A stretch of DNA of 64,000 nucleotides from Felis catus (Eukaryota): positions 18,478,001 to 18,542,000 of the forward strand of contig NC_058369.1 in NCBI RefSeq assembly GCF_018350175.1. The letters are read 5' to 3'. Positions within the stretch are counted from its first letter, which is position 1. Each line of letters opens with the position of its first letter. The translations under genes were made by a program, and so were the position numbers. Shown piece after piece: positions 1 to 14,400 of this stretch. Under the pieces are notes generated by a model. That model had not been told where the DNA came from and did not search any database. It saw only the letters and a program-made list of their open reading frames with translations.

Positions 1-124
<124 letters not shown>

Positions 125-1129
125 TTACCAAAGTACATTCAAATGGCAAACTATCCCAAATAATAAAACATAAGAATGTTCACTTTTATTAAGCATCAAG
201 CCTGAGGTGGAGGGTATGATTAAATTGTTTCAGGTTGAGGGGCACCTGAGTGGCTTAGTCAGTTGAATGTCCAACTCCTGGTTTTGGCTCAGGTCATGAT
301 CTCACAGTTTGTGAGTTTGAGCCCGGCGTCAGGCTCCGTGCTGATGGCACAGAGCCGGCTTGGGATTTTGCCTCCCTCTCTCTGTGTCCCTCCCCCGCTT
401 GTACACGCAAAACAAACATTTAAATAATAATAATAGTAATAGTAGTAGTAGTTTTAGGCTGAAATTTCTCAAAATACTATACTTACATAATTCAAAATGT
501 GAAGTCAAAAATAACTTTGTGAGAAGTACAGTATTTAATTATAAACAACATTCTACATAGAAAAGCAGATGAACAAGAAGGGAAATCAAACTGTAAATAA
601 TATTCCACCAGGTGTATACGGCAAGACAGGGAAACACCAGACCTGAGTAACTTTTGCTAATACATTCTAACTCAACCACTTCCTTGTTTTGTCTCCTCAT
701 TCTGCTCAAATGTGGAAACACGGAGAGAAGACTGTATTTGAGTTGATGGGTAAGAAAAGACACCATGCTGTTAGGCAAGGTCTGAGCGGACAGGAAAGGT
801 CTCTGGCTGTGCGTTTTCTCCTCAAAAAATGTTTGAATGAAAGCATCACTAAGGTAGCAGAGTACTCCTTTCGCACTTGGGAACCTGCACACCTTCACGT
901 GATAGGAGGGCAAACTGATGATTGGGCTCTGGACATAGGTCCCTTTCCATGTTGTCCAGCACTGCAGGCAGCCCTGTGATTTCCCACAACCAGAGTGGGA
1001 TTTTAATATCTTCTGCTCAGGGACACGTTGGGGCCCAAGGAGCTCTCCCTCTAATATGTGGAATACTCTTTTTCTCCTAGAACCTTCACAGTCTGTATTT
1101 AAAAATTTTTTAATGTTTATTTTCTGTTT

Positions 1130-1166
<37 letters not shown>

Positions 1167-3367
1167 TGCAGGGGAGGGGCAGAGAGAGAGGAAGACAGAA
1201 GATCTGAAGTGGGCTCTGCACTGACAGCAGAGAGCCCGATGCAGGGCCCTAACTCATGAACCACGAGATCACGACCCAAGCCAAAGTCAGAGTCTTAACC
1301 GACTGAGCCACCCAGAAGTCCCACTCTGCCTGTATTTCAGAATTTCTACATATCATTCTTTCCTTAAAGTTGATGGCTAATTATCTCTTCCACCCTCAAT
1401 CTTTGCCCTAGGATGCATCACTCACAACCTCCACTAGGCCCATTGCACTTGTCATGTACATACACCATTAGTTGGGTATGTGTATTTACTTATTAAAAAA
1501 TTTTTCTCATTTATCTTTTATTAGAGAGAGCGCAAGCGCGTGCACATGCAGAGGGAAAGAGAGGGAATCCCAAGCAGGCTCCATGCTTAGTGCAGAGCTC
1601 GATGTGGGGCTTGATTCCACAACCCTGGCATCATGCATGACCTGAGCTGAAACCAAGAATAACACATTCAACCAAATGAGCCATGCAGGTACCTCTGGTA
1701 TGTATATTTATAATATATTGATATCAATATCAATCAATATTGATTATCAATATAATCTTTGTGATAATATATCTATTATCACAATAGACCTGCCCTCAGA
1801 ATGGTACAGCTCATTCACTCTCTGCCAGATCACACTACCTTGACCCCTCCATGCCTCATGTGTATTTAGTCAGATACATCCAACCATGACTGTCTCCTGA
1901 TAAATGGTTCAGGTGTTGGACCTTGTCTCTTATCAGAATGGGCCTTTCCGTCTTTGGTATGTCTGTTCCTGGAACCACAATCACCTAGAATCTTGGATGG
2001 TTTCCTAGGTTCTATTACTGTATACTCTTACATGAACATTCCTAGGTAGCACCCTCTCCCAACTTGGAGGTTACCGAGTTGCTATCAAGCACTTTTATTT
2101 TGGGGACCCAAGAATTCTGAGCAGCTGGCTTAATGTGCCGCAAACTGTTGGCAAAGAGCCCTTTGTTCTAGTTTTCTTTTCAGCTGACCTATCTGCAGTG
2201 GGAATTTCATTCCTTTTCAAAAGATGCACAGAGAGCTGTGTAAGAAATTATTCTGACAATGAAAGGAAGAAGATTTAAAAAACAAAACAAAAAAACAAAC
2301 CACAAACATATACTGAGGTGCCTGGCTCAGTCAGTTCAGCATCTGACTTCAGCTCAGATCATGATCTCATGGTTTGTGAGTTTGAACCCCATGTCAGGCT
2401 CCCCAGTGACAGTGCAGATCCTGCCTGGGATCTTTTCTCTTTCTGCCACTCCCCTGCTCATGCTTTCTTTCTCTCCCTGTCTCTCAAAATAAATAAATAA
2501 ACTTAAAAAAAAATCTTAAAAAAAAAAAAAACCAAAAAACATATACTGTAATTCCAGAAGAGTTTTGCTCCAGTCTTGCCAGTGGACTTTCAAGATAGAC
2601 ATGAAGAAACACTGTCCTCATTGCCAATGACAGGCAGTTGAAGCAACTGTAGCAGCCTATTTATGTTAAAGTCAAAAACATTTAAAAAAATTAAATGTGA
2701 GGGGATGCCTGGGTGGCTCAGTTGGTTGAGTGTCCAACTTCAGCTTGGGTCATGATTTCGCATCATGGTTTGTGGGTTCAAGCCCTGCATATGGCTCTGT
2801 GCTGACAGCTCGGAGCCTGGAGAGCCTGCTTCGGATTCTGTATCTCCCTCTCTGTCCCTCCCCTGCTCATACTCTGTCTCTCAAAAATAGATGAACATTT
2901 AAAAAAAATTTTAAATGTGAGTATGTTGTTTAAATGTCATACTGGTACAGATCAATACACCCGCCTTGAGACACAAAATAAGGACCTCTTGACGTAGTAA
3001 TCTCATTCTTCAGCACTTAAGGAAATATTGACAGACTGGGAGGAAAAAAAAGTCCATCCATACAAAGAGGTTCATTTTAGCATTATCTGTCTGGCAACAA
3101 ACTAAATTTCAAATATAAATAAAGCTGCGAGGACCACATATACTAAGGCTTTTCATCTAAAATACATATGAATTGAGCAAAGTCTAGATGATAGCAATTA
3201 AAAATGAATAAAGTTGGGCTAAGATGCCAGAACAGAATGAATTTCTCATTCAAACATGTTCGTTATTACATTGTGTACTGAAGAGACAAAAAGGCCTAAT
3301 TCTCTACAGGCTCTATGAATAGCCTAACAGGCAAAACAATACTAGTTGTTAAGAAAAGTGTACTCAC

Positions 3368-3523
3368 CTGCTTTCCATCAACTTCAATATCTGCCACATA
3401 GTTCTCAAACACTGTGGGTACATACACCTCTGGGAACTGGTCCTTGCTGAAGACGATGAGCAAGCAAGTCTTGCCACAGGCTCCATCACCAACAATCACC
3501 AGTTTCTTCCGGATGGCAGCCAT
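3368..3523 (-). CDS. RHOA: RHOA first coding exon (exon 2), codons 1-52 of the RhoA GTPase
   Basis: Encodes [52 protein letters not shown] (P-loop and switch I); 156 nt. Acceptor is tttcag|C ATG (AG at 3526-3525) and donor is CAG|GTGAGT at 3367. Synteny with TCTA and AMT distinguishes it from RHOC. Confidence 0.98.
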
Positions 3524-4501
3524 GCTGAAACAGGAGACAAAGGTGTTATCTAAAATGAACAAGAAGCTATTAATAGCCTCAGGCTATGACACACACTGTT
3601 CTGACCATAGGGAACAAGCCTCTATTAGCACACCCAAATACAAAATGTTAGTACCCCTTTCCACTTGACACCAAAAGGTCATACCAAAACCCCACAACTA
3701 AGGTTATACTTAATGGTAAAAAGACTGAAAGCTTTCCCCCCAAATCAGGAACAAGACAAGAATGGCCACTCTTGCCACTTCTATCCAACATGATACTGGA
3801 GATTCTATCCAGAGTAATTAAGCAAGAAAATGAAATAAAACATCCAGATTGGAAATGAATAAGTAATACTATCCTAATTTGCAGATGACATGATCTTATA
3901 TACAGAAAATCCTAAGGAATCCATTAAATTATTAGAACAAATTCAGAAAGGTGGCAGGATACAGGATGAACATATAAAAAATCAATTGTATTTCTATAAC
4001 CTTGCAATGAACAAACTGAAAATGAAATTAAGACAATTTCACTTATAATAGCTTCAAAATGAATAGGGATAAATTTAACAAAAGTACTAAACATACTCTG
4101 AAAACTCTGAAACACTGTTGAGAAAAAGATCTAAATAAATGAAAAGACATTCATGTTTCCAGATTGGAAGACAATACTGTTAAATGACAACATCCTCCAA
4201 ATTATTCTACAGATTTAAGACAATCCTTATCAAAATACCAGTTGGCTTCTTTGCAGAAATCGACTAACTGAACGGAAAATTCACACAGAAATTCAATGGA
4301 CCCAGAATGGCTAAAACAATAGTGAAAAAGAAGAACAAAGTTGCAAGAGTCACACTTCCTGATTTCAAAACTTACTGCAAAGATACAGTAATCAAGATAG
4401 TGTTGCACTGTCATAAAGACAGACACTGTGATCAATTGAGAGTCCAGAAATAACCCCCCACATTTAGAGTCAAGTGTTTTTTTTTTTAATGTTTATTCAT
4501 T

Positions 4502-4504
<3 letters not shown>

Positions 4505-4562
<58 letters not shown>
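4505..4562. repeat. (GA)n microsatellite in a SINE linker
   Basis: Uninterrupted GA run of ~58 nt. Confidence 0.9.
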
Positions 4563-4571
<9 letters not shown>

Positions 4572-5558
4572 GTGTGCAAGTGAGGGGGAGGGGCAAAGAG
4601 AGAGGGAGGCAGAGGATCAAAGCAGGCTTGGAGCTGATAGCAGAGAGCATGATGCAGAGCTCAAACTCAAACTGTGAGATCAGGACCTGAGTCTGATGCT
4701 TAACCAGCTGAACCACCAAAGTGCCCCTAAGGTCAAAGTGATTTTCAACAAGGATGCCAAAACAATTTGATGGAGGAAAGACAGTCTTTAGAGGAAAAAC
4801 TCTATTTTCAACAGATAGTGTTGAGACAACTGAATAGATCCATACAAAAGAATAAAGTCAAAATGCTACACCTCAAATCATATACAAAAATCAACTCAAA
4901 ATGGATAAGCCCAAATGTAAGAGTTAACACCATAAAATATTTAACTCCCTATCTCCCTTTTCTCCCTACTCACCCCTGACAACCACCATTCTACTTTCTG
5001 TCTCATGCTACCTCATTTGGAAGTGGAATCAGCACTATTTGTCCTTTTGTGACTGGCTTATTTTACCCAACATAATGTCTTCAAGGTTCATACATGTTGT
5101 ATCATGTGTCAGAATTTACTTCCTTTTAAGGCTGAATAACATTCCATTGTATGTATATACTACACTGCCCTTTGATCCATGGATAGATACCAGGTAGCTT
5201 CCAGCTCCTGGCCACTGTGATTGATCGATTGATGGTTTGTTTATTTTTGAGAGAGCGTGCAACTGAGAGAAGGGCAGAGAGAGAGGGAGTCAGAGGATCC
5301 GAAGCAGGCTCTGCACTAATAGCAGTGAGCCTGATACGGGGCTCAAACTCATGAACTGTGAGATGATGACCTGAGCCGAAGTTAGATGCTCAACTGACTG
5401 AGCCACTGACTCTTGATTTCAGCTCAGGTCATGATCCTGGGATCTTGGGATGAAGCCCAGAGTCAGGCTCTGTGCTGAGTGTGGAGCCTGCTTAAGTCTC
5501 TCTCTTCTCCTCTCTTCTCCTCTCCCTCTCCTCTCCCTCTCCTCTTCTCTCTCTCTCA

Positions 5559-5610
<52 letters not shown>
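5559..5610. repeat. (CA)n microsatellite at a SINE 3' end
   Basis: Uninterrupted CA run of ~50 nt. Confidence 0.9.
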
Positions 5611-5612
<2 letters not shown>

Positions 5613-7409
5613 GAATATATTCATCATTAGCAACCAACTTTTGTGCTTCAAGAGATACCATCAAGGGGTGCCTGGGTGGCTCTGTCAGTTTAATGGTCAG
5701 CCCTTGATCATCATCTCAGGGCATGATCTCATAGTTTGTGGGTTCGAGCCCACAAGCCTTGCTCATGCATGTGCACTCTCGCTTTCAAAATAAATAAACT
5801 TTAAAAAGACAGAAAGAAAACAAGAAGACATGGGGCACCTGGCTGGCTCAGTTGGTAAGGCATGTGCTGGCTCAGCTGGTAAGGCATGTGACTCTTTTTT
5901 TTTGTAAGTTTATTTCAGAGAGTCAGGGGCTGGGGGCGGTGCACAGAGCCTGACATGGGGCTCAAACTCACAAACTGTGAGATCATGACCTGAACCAAAA
6001 TCAAGAGTCAGATGCTTAACCCACTGAGCCACCCAGGTGCCCTGAGCACATGACTCTCTCTCTCTCTTTTTTTAATGTTTATTTATTTTTGAGAGAGAGA
6101 GAGAGAGAGACAGAGTGTGAGTGGGAGAGGGGCAGAAAGAGAGAGGGAGACACAGAATCTGAAGCAGGACTGAGCTGTCCGCACAGAGCCTGACATGGGG
6201 CTCAAACCCATGGACCACAAGATCACGTCCTGAGCTGAAGTCAGACGCTTAACTGACTGAGCCACCTAGGCGCCCCAGTGAGCACATGACTCTTGATCTC
6301 AGGGTCCTGAGTTCAAGCCCCACGTTGGGTATAGGGCCTACTTTAAAATAAATAAATAAGTAAATAAAAATGAGAGGACAACCCACAGAATACTGGCAAA
6401 TGTTTACAAATAACATATCTAATAAGGGACTTGTATCTAGAATACATAAAGAACCTTACAATAAAACAGAAGAGCAGCTTAGGTGGGTGGTCCGGCTCAG
6501 GGTGTTGATTTGGATCCAGAATATATAAAGAACTACAAACTCAATAACAAAAAAATCAAAGAATCCGGGGCGCCTGGGTGGCTCAGTTGGTTAAGCGTCT
6601 GACTTTGGCTCAGGTCATGATCTCATGATCCGTGAGTTCAAGCCCCGCGTCTGGCTCTGTGCTGACAGCTCAGAGCCTGGAGCCTGCTTCAGATTCTGTG
6701 TCTCCCTCTCTCTCTGACCCTCCCCCATTCATGCTCTGTCTCTGTCTCAAAAATAAATAAACATTAAAAAAAAAATCAAAGAATCCACTTTAAAAATGGG
6801 CAAGGGATCTGAATAGACATGACCCAGCAATTCCATTCCTAGACATACCATCGGAGAAAAACAAAAACGTATGTCCATACAAAAACTTGTGGACAAATGT
6901 TCACAGCAGCATTGAAAATACTCATCATATTCAAAGAGTGGAAACAAACCAAACATCCAACAACTAATGAACAGATAAAATGTAGTATATATATCCAAAC
7001 AATGGAATATTAGGCAATAAAAAGAGAAAAGTACTAATACATGCTACAATATGGATGAAATCTGAAAACATTACATATGTGAAAGAAGGCGGCCACAAAG
7101 AACCACATATTAAATGACTCCCTTTATATAAAATGTCCAGAATAGGAAAATACAAAGTCAACTGGTGTTTGCTTAAGGAAGGGAGTTGGAAAAGAAAGGA
7201 AAGGAAATGATTACTAAGGGAATGGTGGGGTTTCTTTTTAGGATGATCAAATTGTTAGGAGATGGAGCACGTCTCCATGAATACACTATATACTATGAAT
7301 ATATGACACTGAATTGTATACTTTAAATGGTTGAATTGTAACATATACGGATTGTATTTTAATAAAGCTATTGTTACAAAACAAAACAAAACAAAACAAA
7401 ACAAAACAA

Positions 7410-8435
7410 CCTGCAGAATCCCTCCATTTGCCAGAGACGAACTGTCAGCCACTCAAATTCCCACCATTGCCTCTTAGAACAGCATTCTAATTTCTAGCTG
7501 GGTGCTTTGTTGCCTAGCTAAAAGACTACATTTCTTAGCTTCCCTTAATTAGATATGGCCATATACAAAGTTCTAGCCCATGAGATGTAATCAGCAGTGC
7601 CTGTGGGATTTCCACGAAGTCTTTCCTAAAGTGAAGTCACATGCCCTTCTTCATCCCCTTCCTTCTTTCTGCTGCTTAAACCTGGAACCAGGAATGCTTT
7701 CTGAACAGCCATCCTGGAATGTGAGGATGTAGAAGTATGGATGAAGAACATGAATACCACATTCTGGAGTTGGAGGCATAACAGGTAGAAAGAGCCTGGA
7801 TCCCAGTTGTTCTTGGGAGTCACCATCTCAGCCCCAGACTGCCTACTTCTACACTTCTTTTCTGTGAAAAATAATTGTCTTGTTTAAAATGGTATTTTTC
7901 AGGGGCGCCTGGGTGGCGCAGTCGGTTAAGCGTCCGACTTCAGCCAGGTCACGATCTCGCGCTCCGCTCCGTGAGTTCGAGCCCCGCGTCGGGCTCTGGG
8001 CTGATAGCTCAGAGCCTGGAGCCTGTTTCCGATTCTGTGTCTCCCTCTCTCTCTGCCCCTTCCCCGTTCATGCTGTCTCTCTCTGTCCCCAAAATAAATA
8101 AACGTTGAAAAAATAAAGTTGAAAAAAAAATAAAATAAAAAATAAAATGGTATTTTTCAGGGGCGCCTGGGTGGCTCAGTCGGTTAAGCGTCCGACTTCA
8201 GCTCAGGTCACGATCTCACGGTCCAGGAGTTCGAGCCCCGCATCGGGCTCTGGGCTGATGACTCAGAGCCTGGAGCCTGTTTCTGATTCTGTGTCTCCCT
8301 CTCTCTGCCCCTCCCCTGTTCATGCTCTGTCTCTCTCTGTCTCAAAAATAAATAAACATTAAAAAAAAAATAAAAAAAAATAAAATGGTATTTTTCAGGT
8401 CTTTGTTACTTGTAGTCAAACTAATCCTCAACAAT
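7410..8435 (+). mobile_element. MLT1-like (MaLR) LTR remnant interrupted by two tandem SINEs
   Basis: aaaagactacatttcttagcttccct, aagttctagcccatgagatgtaa, agagcctggatcc, ggtctttgttacttgtag. Highly diverged. Confidence 0.5.
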
Positions 8436-11400
8436 ACAAACCCACAAAACCAGGTTGTCTAAAGCGAATGTTTCCCAAACTGGAGTGGATTCAACAACCC
8501 ACTGGGATACATGAGGGAAACAAGAGAAACACATTTTCTAAGTCCAGAAAACAAGAAATTTAGCTTTAAAATTTAAATCGCAGGGGTGCCTGGGTGGCTC
8601 AGTCATTTTGAGCATCCGAATTCGGCTCAGGTCATGATCTCAGTTTGTGGGTTTGAGCCCCACATCGGGCTTCCTGCTGTCAGCGCAGAGCCTGCTTCAG
8701 ATCCTCTATCCCCCTCTCTCTGCCCCTCCCCTGCTCACACACACTCTGTCTCTCAAAAAATGAATACACATTAAAAAAAACTTTTTTAAATTTAAATTGC
8801 ATAAACTCCTTAGGAGAAGATTCCATAATGGAAAGGGCTCACAGTGCTGCCATCACTGATTTGTGACATCATGGTATGCTTAACATACTGCAATGAATAT
8901 GTGCCTGGCTAAGTATGTACAAAGGCAATACAAAGTTTTAATCAAACCCATAAAATGACCTAGTGATTTTAAAGGATCTTTTTTTTTTTTTTACACAAAA
9001 GCATTAGATAGAGGATAATACTAATAATGAAAGCATGACACTAAGCATATAGGTAAACAGGAAATGTGCTCAATATCATTCTTTAAGTAACAGGAGTATG
9101 CAGGGGCACCAGGTTCACTCAGTCAGCAGAGCATAAAATGTGATTCTTTAAAAAAAATTTTTTTTTTAATGTTTATTTATTTTTGAGAGAGACAGAGACA
9201 GAGTGTGAACAGGGGAGGGGCAAAGAGAGGGAGACACAGAATCCGAAACAGGCTCCAGGCTCCGAGCTATCAGCCCAGGGCCTGACGCAGGGCTCAAACT
9301 CACAAGCCATGAGATCATGACCTGAGCCGAAGTCGGACGCTCAAACGACTGAGCCACCCAGGTGCCCCCAAAACATGTGATTCTTACCTCAGGTTCATAA
9401 ATTCAAGCCCCACATTGGGCTTGGAGCTTAATTTAAAAAACAAACAATCGGAGCATGGAATCAAAACAGTTTTGTGTTGAGACCAGACTTTAAACTACAA
9501 CCTGGCACTATGGCCACCCCATTCAGCTCCCTCTTTCCCTTTTTGCTTTGGATTCCTAATGGATATGGGACCTGTCTCAAGGTCCTATACTTGTTTCCTG
9601 TGTGTTTTGTCTTCCAACCAGACTGCAAATCATCTCAGAGCAAATAACCTATCTTACATTTCTTTGCGGCTTCATGTGGTTTGGTACTTTAGTGGGCATG
9701 TAGTAAGTATTAAATAGAAGAAAATAAAAAAATCAAAAAACATTTCTTTGAATGAGAAAGGAGATAGATTACCTCATTTTCAGAATCCAGGGCACAAACA
9801 TTAATGGGTTTCTCTCTTAAAAATTGTTCCTCTATGTTTAGTCTGACTGCAAACATCATGATAGGATTCATATATCATTTTCTGTTTTTCTCATGCTCTC
9901 AAAATCACTTCATGATTTTATATACTCTATACATTTCTTCAGGCCTAGTTTGTATCGGTTTGTGCCCAAAGTCAAACAACCAGAGCCTCACAGGACACAA
10001 AATTCATCAGGAAATCCCTGGTTCAAAAAAAGGCTGCCAGCTTTGAATACATCCTTCCTAGAAGGCACTTAATTCTCAAGAAATAATCTCTCTCAATCTA
10101 ATGTGGTTAAAGACACACAAAATGAAAATGCCAGGGACAATCAAAAAGGCTCTGGAACTTTTTCCTTACGGAACATGTGGCCCAGGAGAAGTGTAAAACC
10201 AATCAGCCCCTACTGCTGAGGAAGACAGAAATTACAAGTGATTACGGGACAAAATGAAAATGAAAGCCTAGAATTACAAGATGATTTCTGGGAGTCTGGC
10301 CATTCAACCAAAGTTGTTGACAAGAAGTGAAAAGTACAAACATCAGGTTATTTCCTGAAATGACCCAGGAAAATTTACTCTAGTCTTTCCTTTAACTTTG
10401 CTATAATCTAGCATCTTTTTCAAGTACATGGCTTGCCAGCTTGAAAGGAAATCACGCTGAGCTCTCTGTAGTCTCTCTGCCAGATGTGTCATTTTCTAGG
10501 CTGAATACAGTCTCAGAAATAATTCTTAAGAGCTTTGAGTAAAGGTTTATTTTTTCAGTAACCATCAGCTATAACATATCTATTTAAGTCACCTGTAACA
10601 ATATGTAAAGGACTGTAAATTTATTTCATTGGTTCAAAATCTTTATGTAGGTTACTGTGCCGCCCTCACAAAAGTTGAAAGGAAAAAGAAATGACAAAAG
10701 GAGATCTCTGATGGTGCTGAGAGGGCACAGAAAATACCTACTCCAATTTATGTTATCTGCCATTACAAGACCAGTCTCTCCCACAATCTCAAAAAACTGT
10801 GTTTTGGTTGTGGACTAAATTTTGGCAAATTAAGCAGTTACTGTTAACAAAAACAACCAATATTTTAACGTATTTCTCACCCATATGCAAATAGAAACAG
10901 GTGTCCAAGAAAAGCAAGAGAAGGGCTACATGCAGTATCCCATGTGATCCCATGCTTCATACTCAAAAGACACAAGGGCAGACAGCTCACTCACTCTCAG
11001 GAGCCACACCTGAGGCCTCCAGGGCAGCACCCGAGGGGGTGAGGTATCTCAACAAACATCTCTTATGGGGTCTGGCATCACCAGAGGCACTCAGTGAATA
11101 ACAACTCCTACTACTAAGGTCTCCCCCGCTGCCAGCCTTAACCTCATGTCCTCTTTTTAATTTATATAGTATTGCCACTTGTGGTATCACACACCTCCTT
11201 CATCTCTCCCTCTCTAATGGCTTCCTTCTCTCAGTCTACAATAAAGTGCAGAATGCCCCTATTTTAAAATAATAAATCTTCCCACATCCATGCTTACTTC
11301 TGGTTACCTTTCTCTCTCTGGCCTGTTCAAAGAAAAGGTATACATTTCTGCAGCTTCATACTGGCTTGCTTAAAATTCCTCCCATCTGCTTTCTGCCCAA

Positions 11401-14400
11401 ACTTCTCCTGAAACTTTCTCAGAAGTCACCAATGACCTACCTTCACAAAATCCAGTCTGCATTCTCCTTGATATTTTTTGTTGTAACTTACCTCCCTAAC
11501 AAAATATGATCCCTGTTGTCTGTCTCCTTAGCTACAGCCTCCACGCCTAATCACTCCCCCAAGACTGGGCTTTTCCCTCATTCTCCTTATACTTTATTCT
11601 CCGGGGATCTCAATTCTTCAAAAACTACTTTTATGAAATGTCATTCCCAAATCTTTCTCTGACCCAGTCCCTGTTCTAAAACTCCTGATACACCTCCACT
11701 CTATGCTCCACTGGCATCTCAAATTCAACATCTCCCAGACATCATCCCAATCTCTGTCAAATCTTCTTTCCAGTTACCTCAGTCTTGGTGATGAAAACAA
11801 AATTACATTCCTAAGGTACTCAACTCATTGTAGAAACCTTGTGGTTAAACAATTATCTTACTTTCTTTTCTTTGCTCCTCACAGCAAGACTGCTTTCAAG
11901 TTCTGAGGAATTCTGCCCCTTCATGGGTCTCCCTTCCACCACTACCACCACCCACTTTGAGTTCCCATAATCATTGTTCCAATTCAAGTCTTCAGTACTG
12001 CCTATCTGGGAAGAAGGCAAAATTCCAACTGGTCTCACCTCCCTTCTATCCTGCTTGCTGTAGCAAATTCTCCATTCCTATGTCTGGGCTTCAGCCCACT
12101 CTGCCTTTGCTCAAGGGCCTTCAGAAGGTCCTCAATGCCAAAATCAGGTCAAGACTCCTCAGCCTTACCATGAGGGTCCTTTAAAATACTAAAGCAGCCT
12201 ATTTTCTCCTTTCATCTTCTCTCTCATCTTTATCACATACCTAATTCCACTAACTGACCTGGTAAACCACCCCCCCACCTCAGCTCAAAGTAATGCCTTA
12301 TTTGAATTTTTTCTTCCTTTCTTCAGAAAATAACACCTTACCTGTCCATCCTAATATTGCCTTCTGTTCCAAAGCCTTTTATTTTTTAAGATTTTTTTTT
12401 TAATTTTATTTTTAAATAATCTCTACGCCCACTGTGGGGCTTGAACTCATGATCAAGAGTCACATGCTCTACGAACTAAGCCAGCCAGGCGCTCCCCAAA
12501 GCCCATTTCTTATTTCTGGTCCTACATTTTCCACCCCCGAAAATCAAATGTTGCCTCTAAGCAGGGCTTTGGTCCTCTCTTGGTACTTACATTCAATCAC
12601 ATCCTACTCTATGAGAGAGAGATAGCAGTTATATTTCTTGTGTACTTGACTCATATCCATTCCTGGAGTTTAAGCTCCTTCAGAACAGGTACCACATCTT
12701 GCTTGGCCTTTCCCACTTGGAGTTGCATAACTAATGGGGCAAGGACATGCTGAATGGGATGCTTATAAAGAGAAACAAAAACTCAAAGAAGGAGCATGTA
12801 TCCCAAAAGTACTCCTAAAAACTTGACTCACTGGCACTCTCTGATCACTTTTCTTGCATCAATCATAGTTTTTTATAGGACTCAGCAGAATGAAAAAGCA
12901 AAACAACAACAACAAACAGTTAAGAATTTGTTGACTGAGGGGCACATGGGTGAGTCAGTCATTTAAACATCTGACTTAGGCTCAGGTCAGGATCTTATGG
13001 TTTGTGGATTCGAGGCCTGTGTTAGGCTCTGTGCTGACAGCTCAGAGCCTACAGCCTACTTCAGATTCTGTGTCTCCCTCTCTCTCTGCCCTCCCCTGCT
13101 CATGCTATGTCTCTCTCTCTCTCAAAGATAAATAAACATTAAAAAGTTTAAAAAAAAAAAAAAGATCGGACAACTGAAATTCTTTTAAGTTTATTTATTT
13201 AAGTGATCTCTGCACCCAATGAGGGGCTGGAACCCATGACCCAAAGATTAAGAGTCACATGCTCTTCTCACTGAGCCAGCCAGCCCCGCCTGGAAACCTG
13301 GAATTCTAATCAAACTACCATAGGCTAAGCACAAAAATACTGAAAAAGACTTCAGTGTAGAATACTATTTGGACCTGGATATATGCTATACTAAGTAGAG
13401 AATTTCAATGATATTCTCTTGAAAAGCAGACTATTATCTAGAGAGAGAAAAAGAGAGAGAGAGAAAGAGAGAGAGAGAAAACTAGTGGGAGAAAGACAGA
13501 GAGGGAGATAGAGAATCCCAAACAGGCTCTGCACTGTCAGCACAGAGCCCTATGCAGGCTTGATCTCAAGGACTGTGAGATCATGACCTAAGCCAAAATC
13601 AAGAATTGGACACTTAACTGACTGAGCTACCCAGGTGCCCCTCAATGGCCTCCAGTTTTAAATATATACTTCCCACCTGAAAACATCTCTGTAAAATGCT
13701 GCTAGAAAGCCAGGTAGCACCTGAGCAAAGATGACTGCTCTTAGTGGTTACTGTTCATAGTAGGATAGTGTACCAAGTATATAGGGCCTGGTTCTGCCCT
13801 TTGACTTACAAAGCCAAGAAAATTCCCTGGAAAGGCAACACAGGCAGTTAACAATATCAGTGGCTGCTGCAACTCAAAGTCACCTACAACAGTGAAAAAT
13901 GAAGAAGGTGACCCTGACTTGGATATGGAGCCTGCCTTGCCTGGTTCCTGGCTTTGATAATAGACCGTTTCATTCTATAGGCAAAATGAAAGCCCCTCAG
14001 TCTTCCTGGTATAGTCTCACTCACAAAGTTACTGATGACCATACACACAAGAAGTCAATAAGACCTTCTGTGTCCAGAATGCTTGGACACAGAGCTTTAA
14101 GTTACAGCAAGAGGGTGAACTCAACAATGACACATAGATGGCTGTCTACAGTAGCATTCAATCATCTCGTGGTTGAAGCATAAAAAACAAAACAAAAAGA
14201 ACCCTTTTATAACTGCTAATGGTCTCTACTAAAAGAGCAGGAACCTTTTGTTTTACTTGTCCGAAGACTCAAAACTTATCAAAGACTGGCTCTTACTCAG
14301 AACTCAAGAGGATGGGACTTGGGGTGCCTGGGTGGTTAAGTTAAGCAACCAACTGTTGATTTTGGCTCAGGTCGTGATCTTAAGGTCCACACTGGGCATG

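Larger units (their letters stand above)
3670..7380 (+). mobile_element. Old, fragmented LINE-1 (L1M-type ORF2 to 3'UTR) interrupted by many SINEs and a reverse L1 piece
   Basis: L1 RT-region remnants (aaaagactgaaagctttcccc, tttgcagatgacatgatcttatat, aaatcaattgtatttcta) and an L1M-like 3' end (gaattgtatactttaaatggttgaattgt...aataaagct). No intact ORF; boundaries approximate. Confidence 0.75.

Noticed and set aside
539..1279. 246-aa minus-strand ORF in RHOA intron 2
   Set aside because: It starts inside a SINE with a non-ATG codon, runs through a CT repeat and resembles no protein I recognise.
3524..3562. N-terminal extension [13 protein letters not shown] on the RhoA ORF
   Set aside because: It is the intron 1 polypyrimidine tract and acceptor; the ORF's VSTLFL... 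tail is likewise intron 2.
7885..8399. Repeat-spacer-repeat pattern superficially like a CRISPR array; SINE heads superficially like tRNA genes
   Set aside because: The repeats are retrotransposon target-site duplications in a mammalian intron, and the tRNA-like heads are all attached to SINE bodies and tails.
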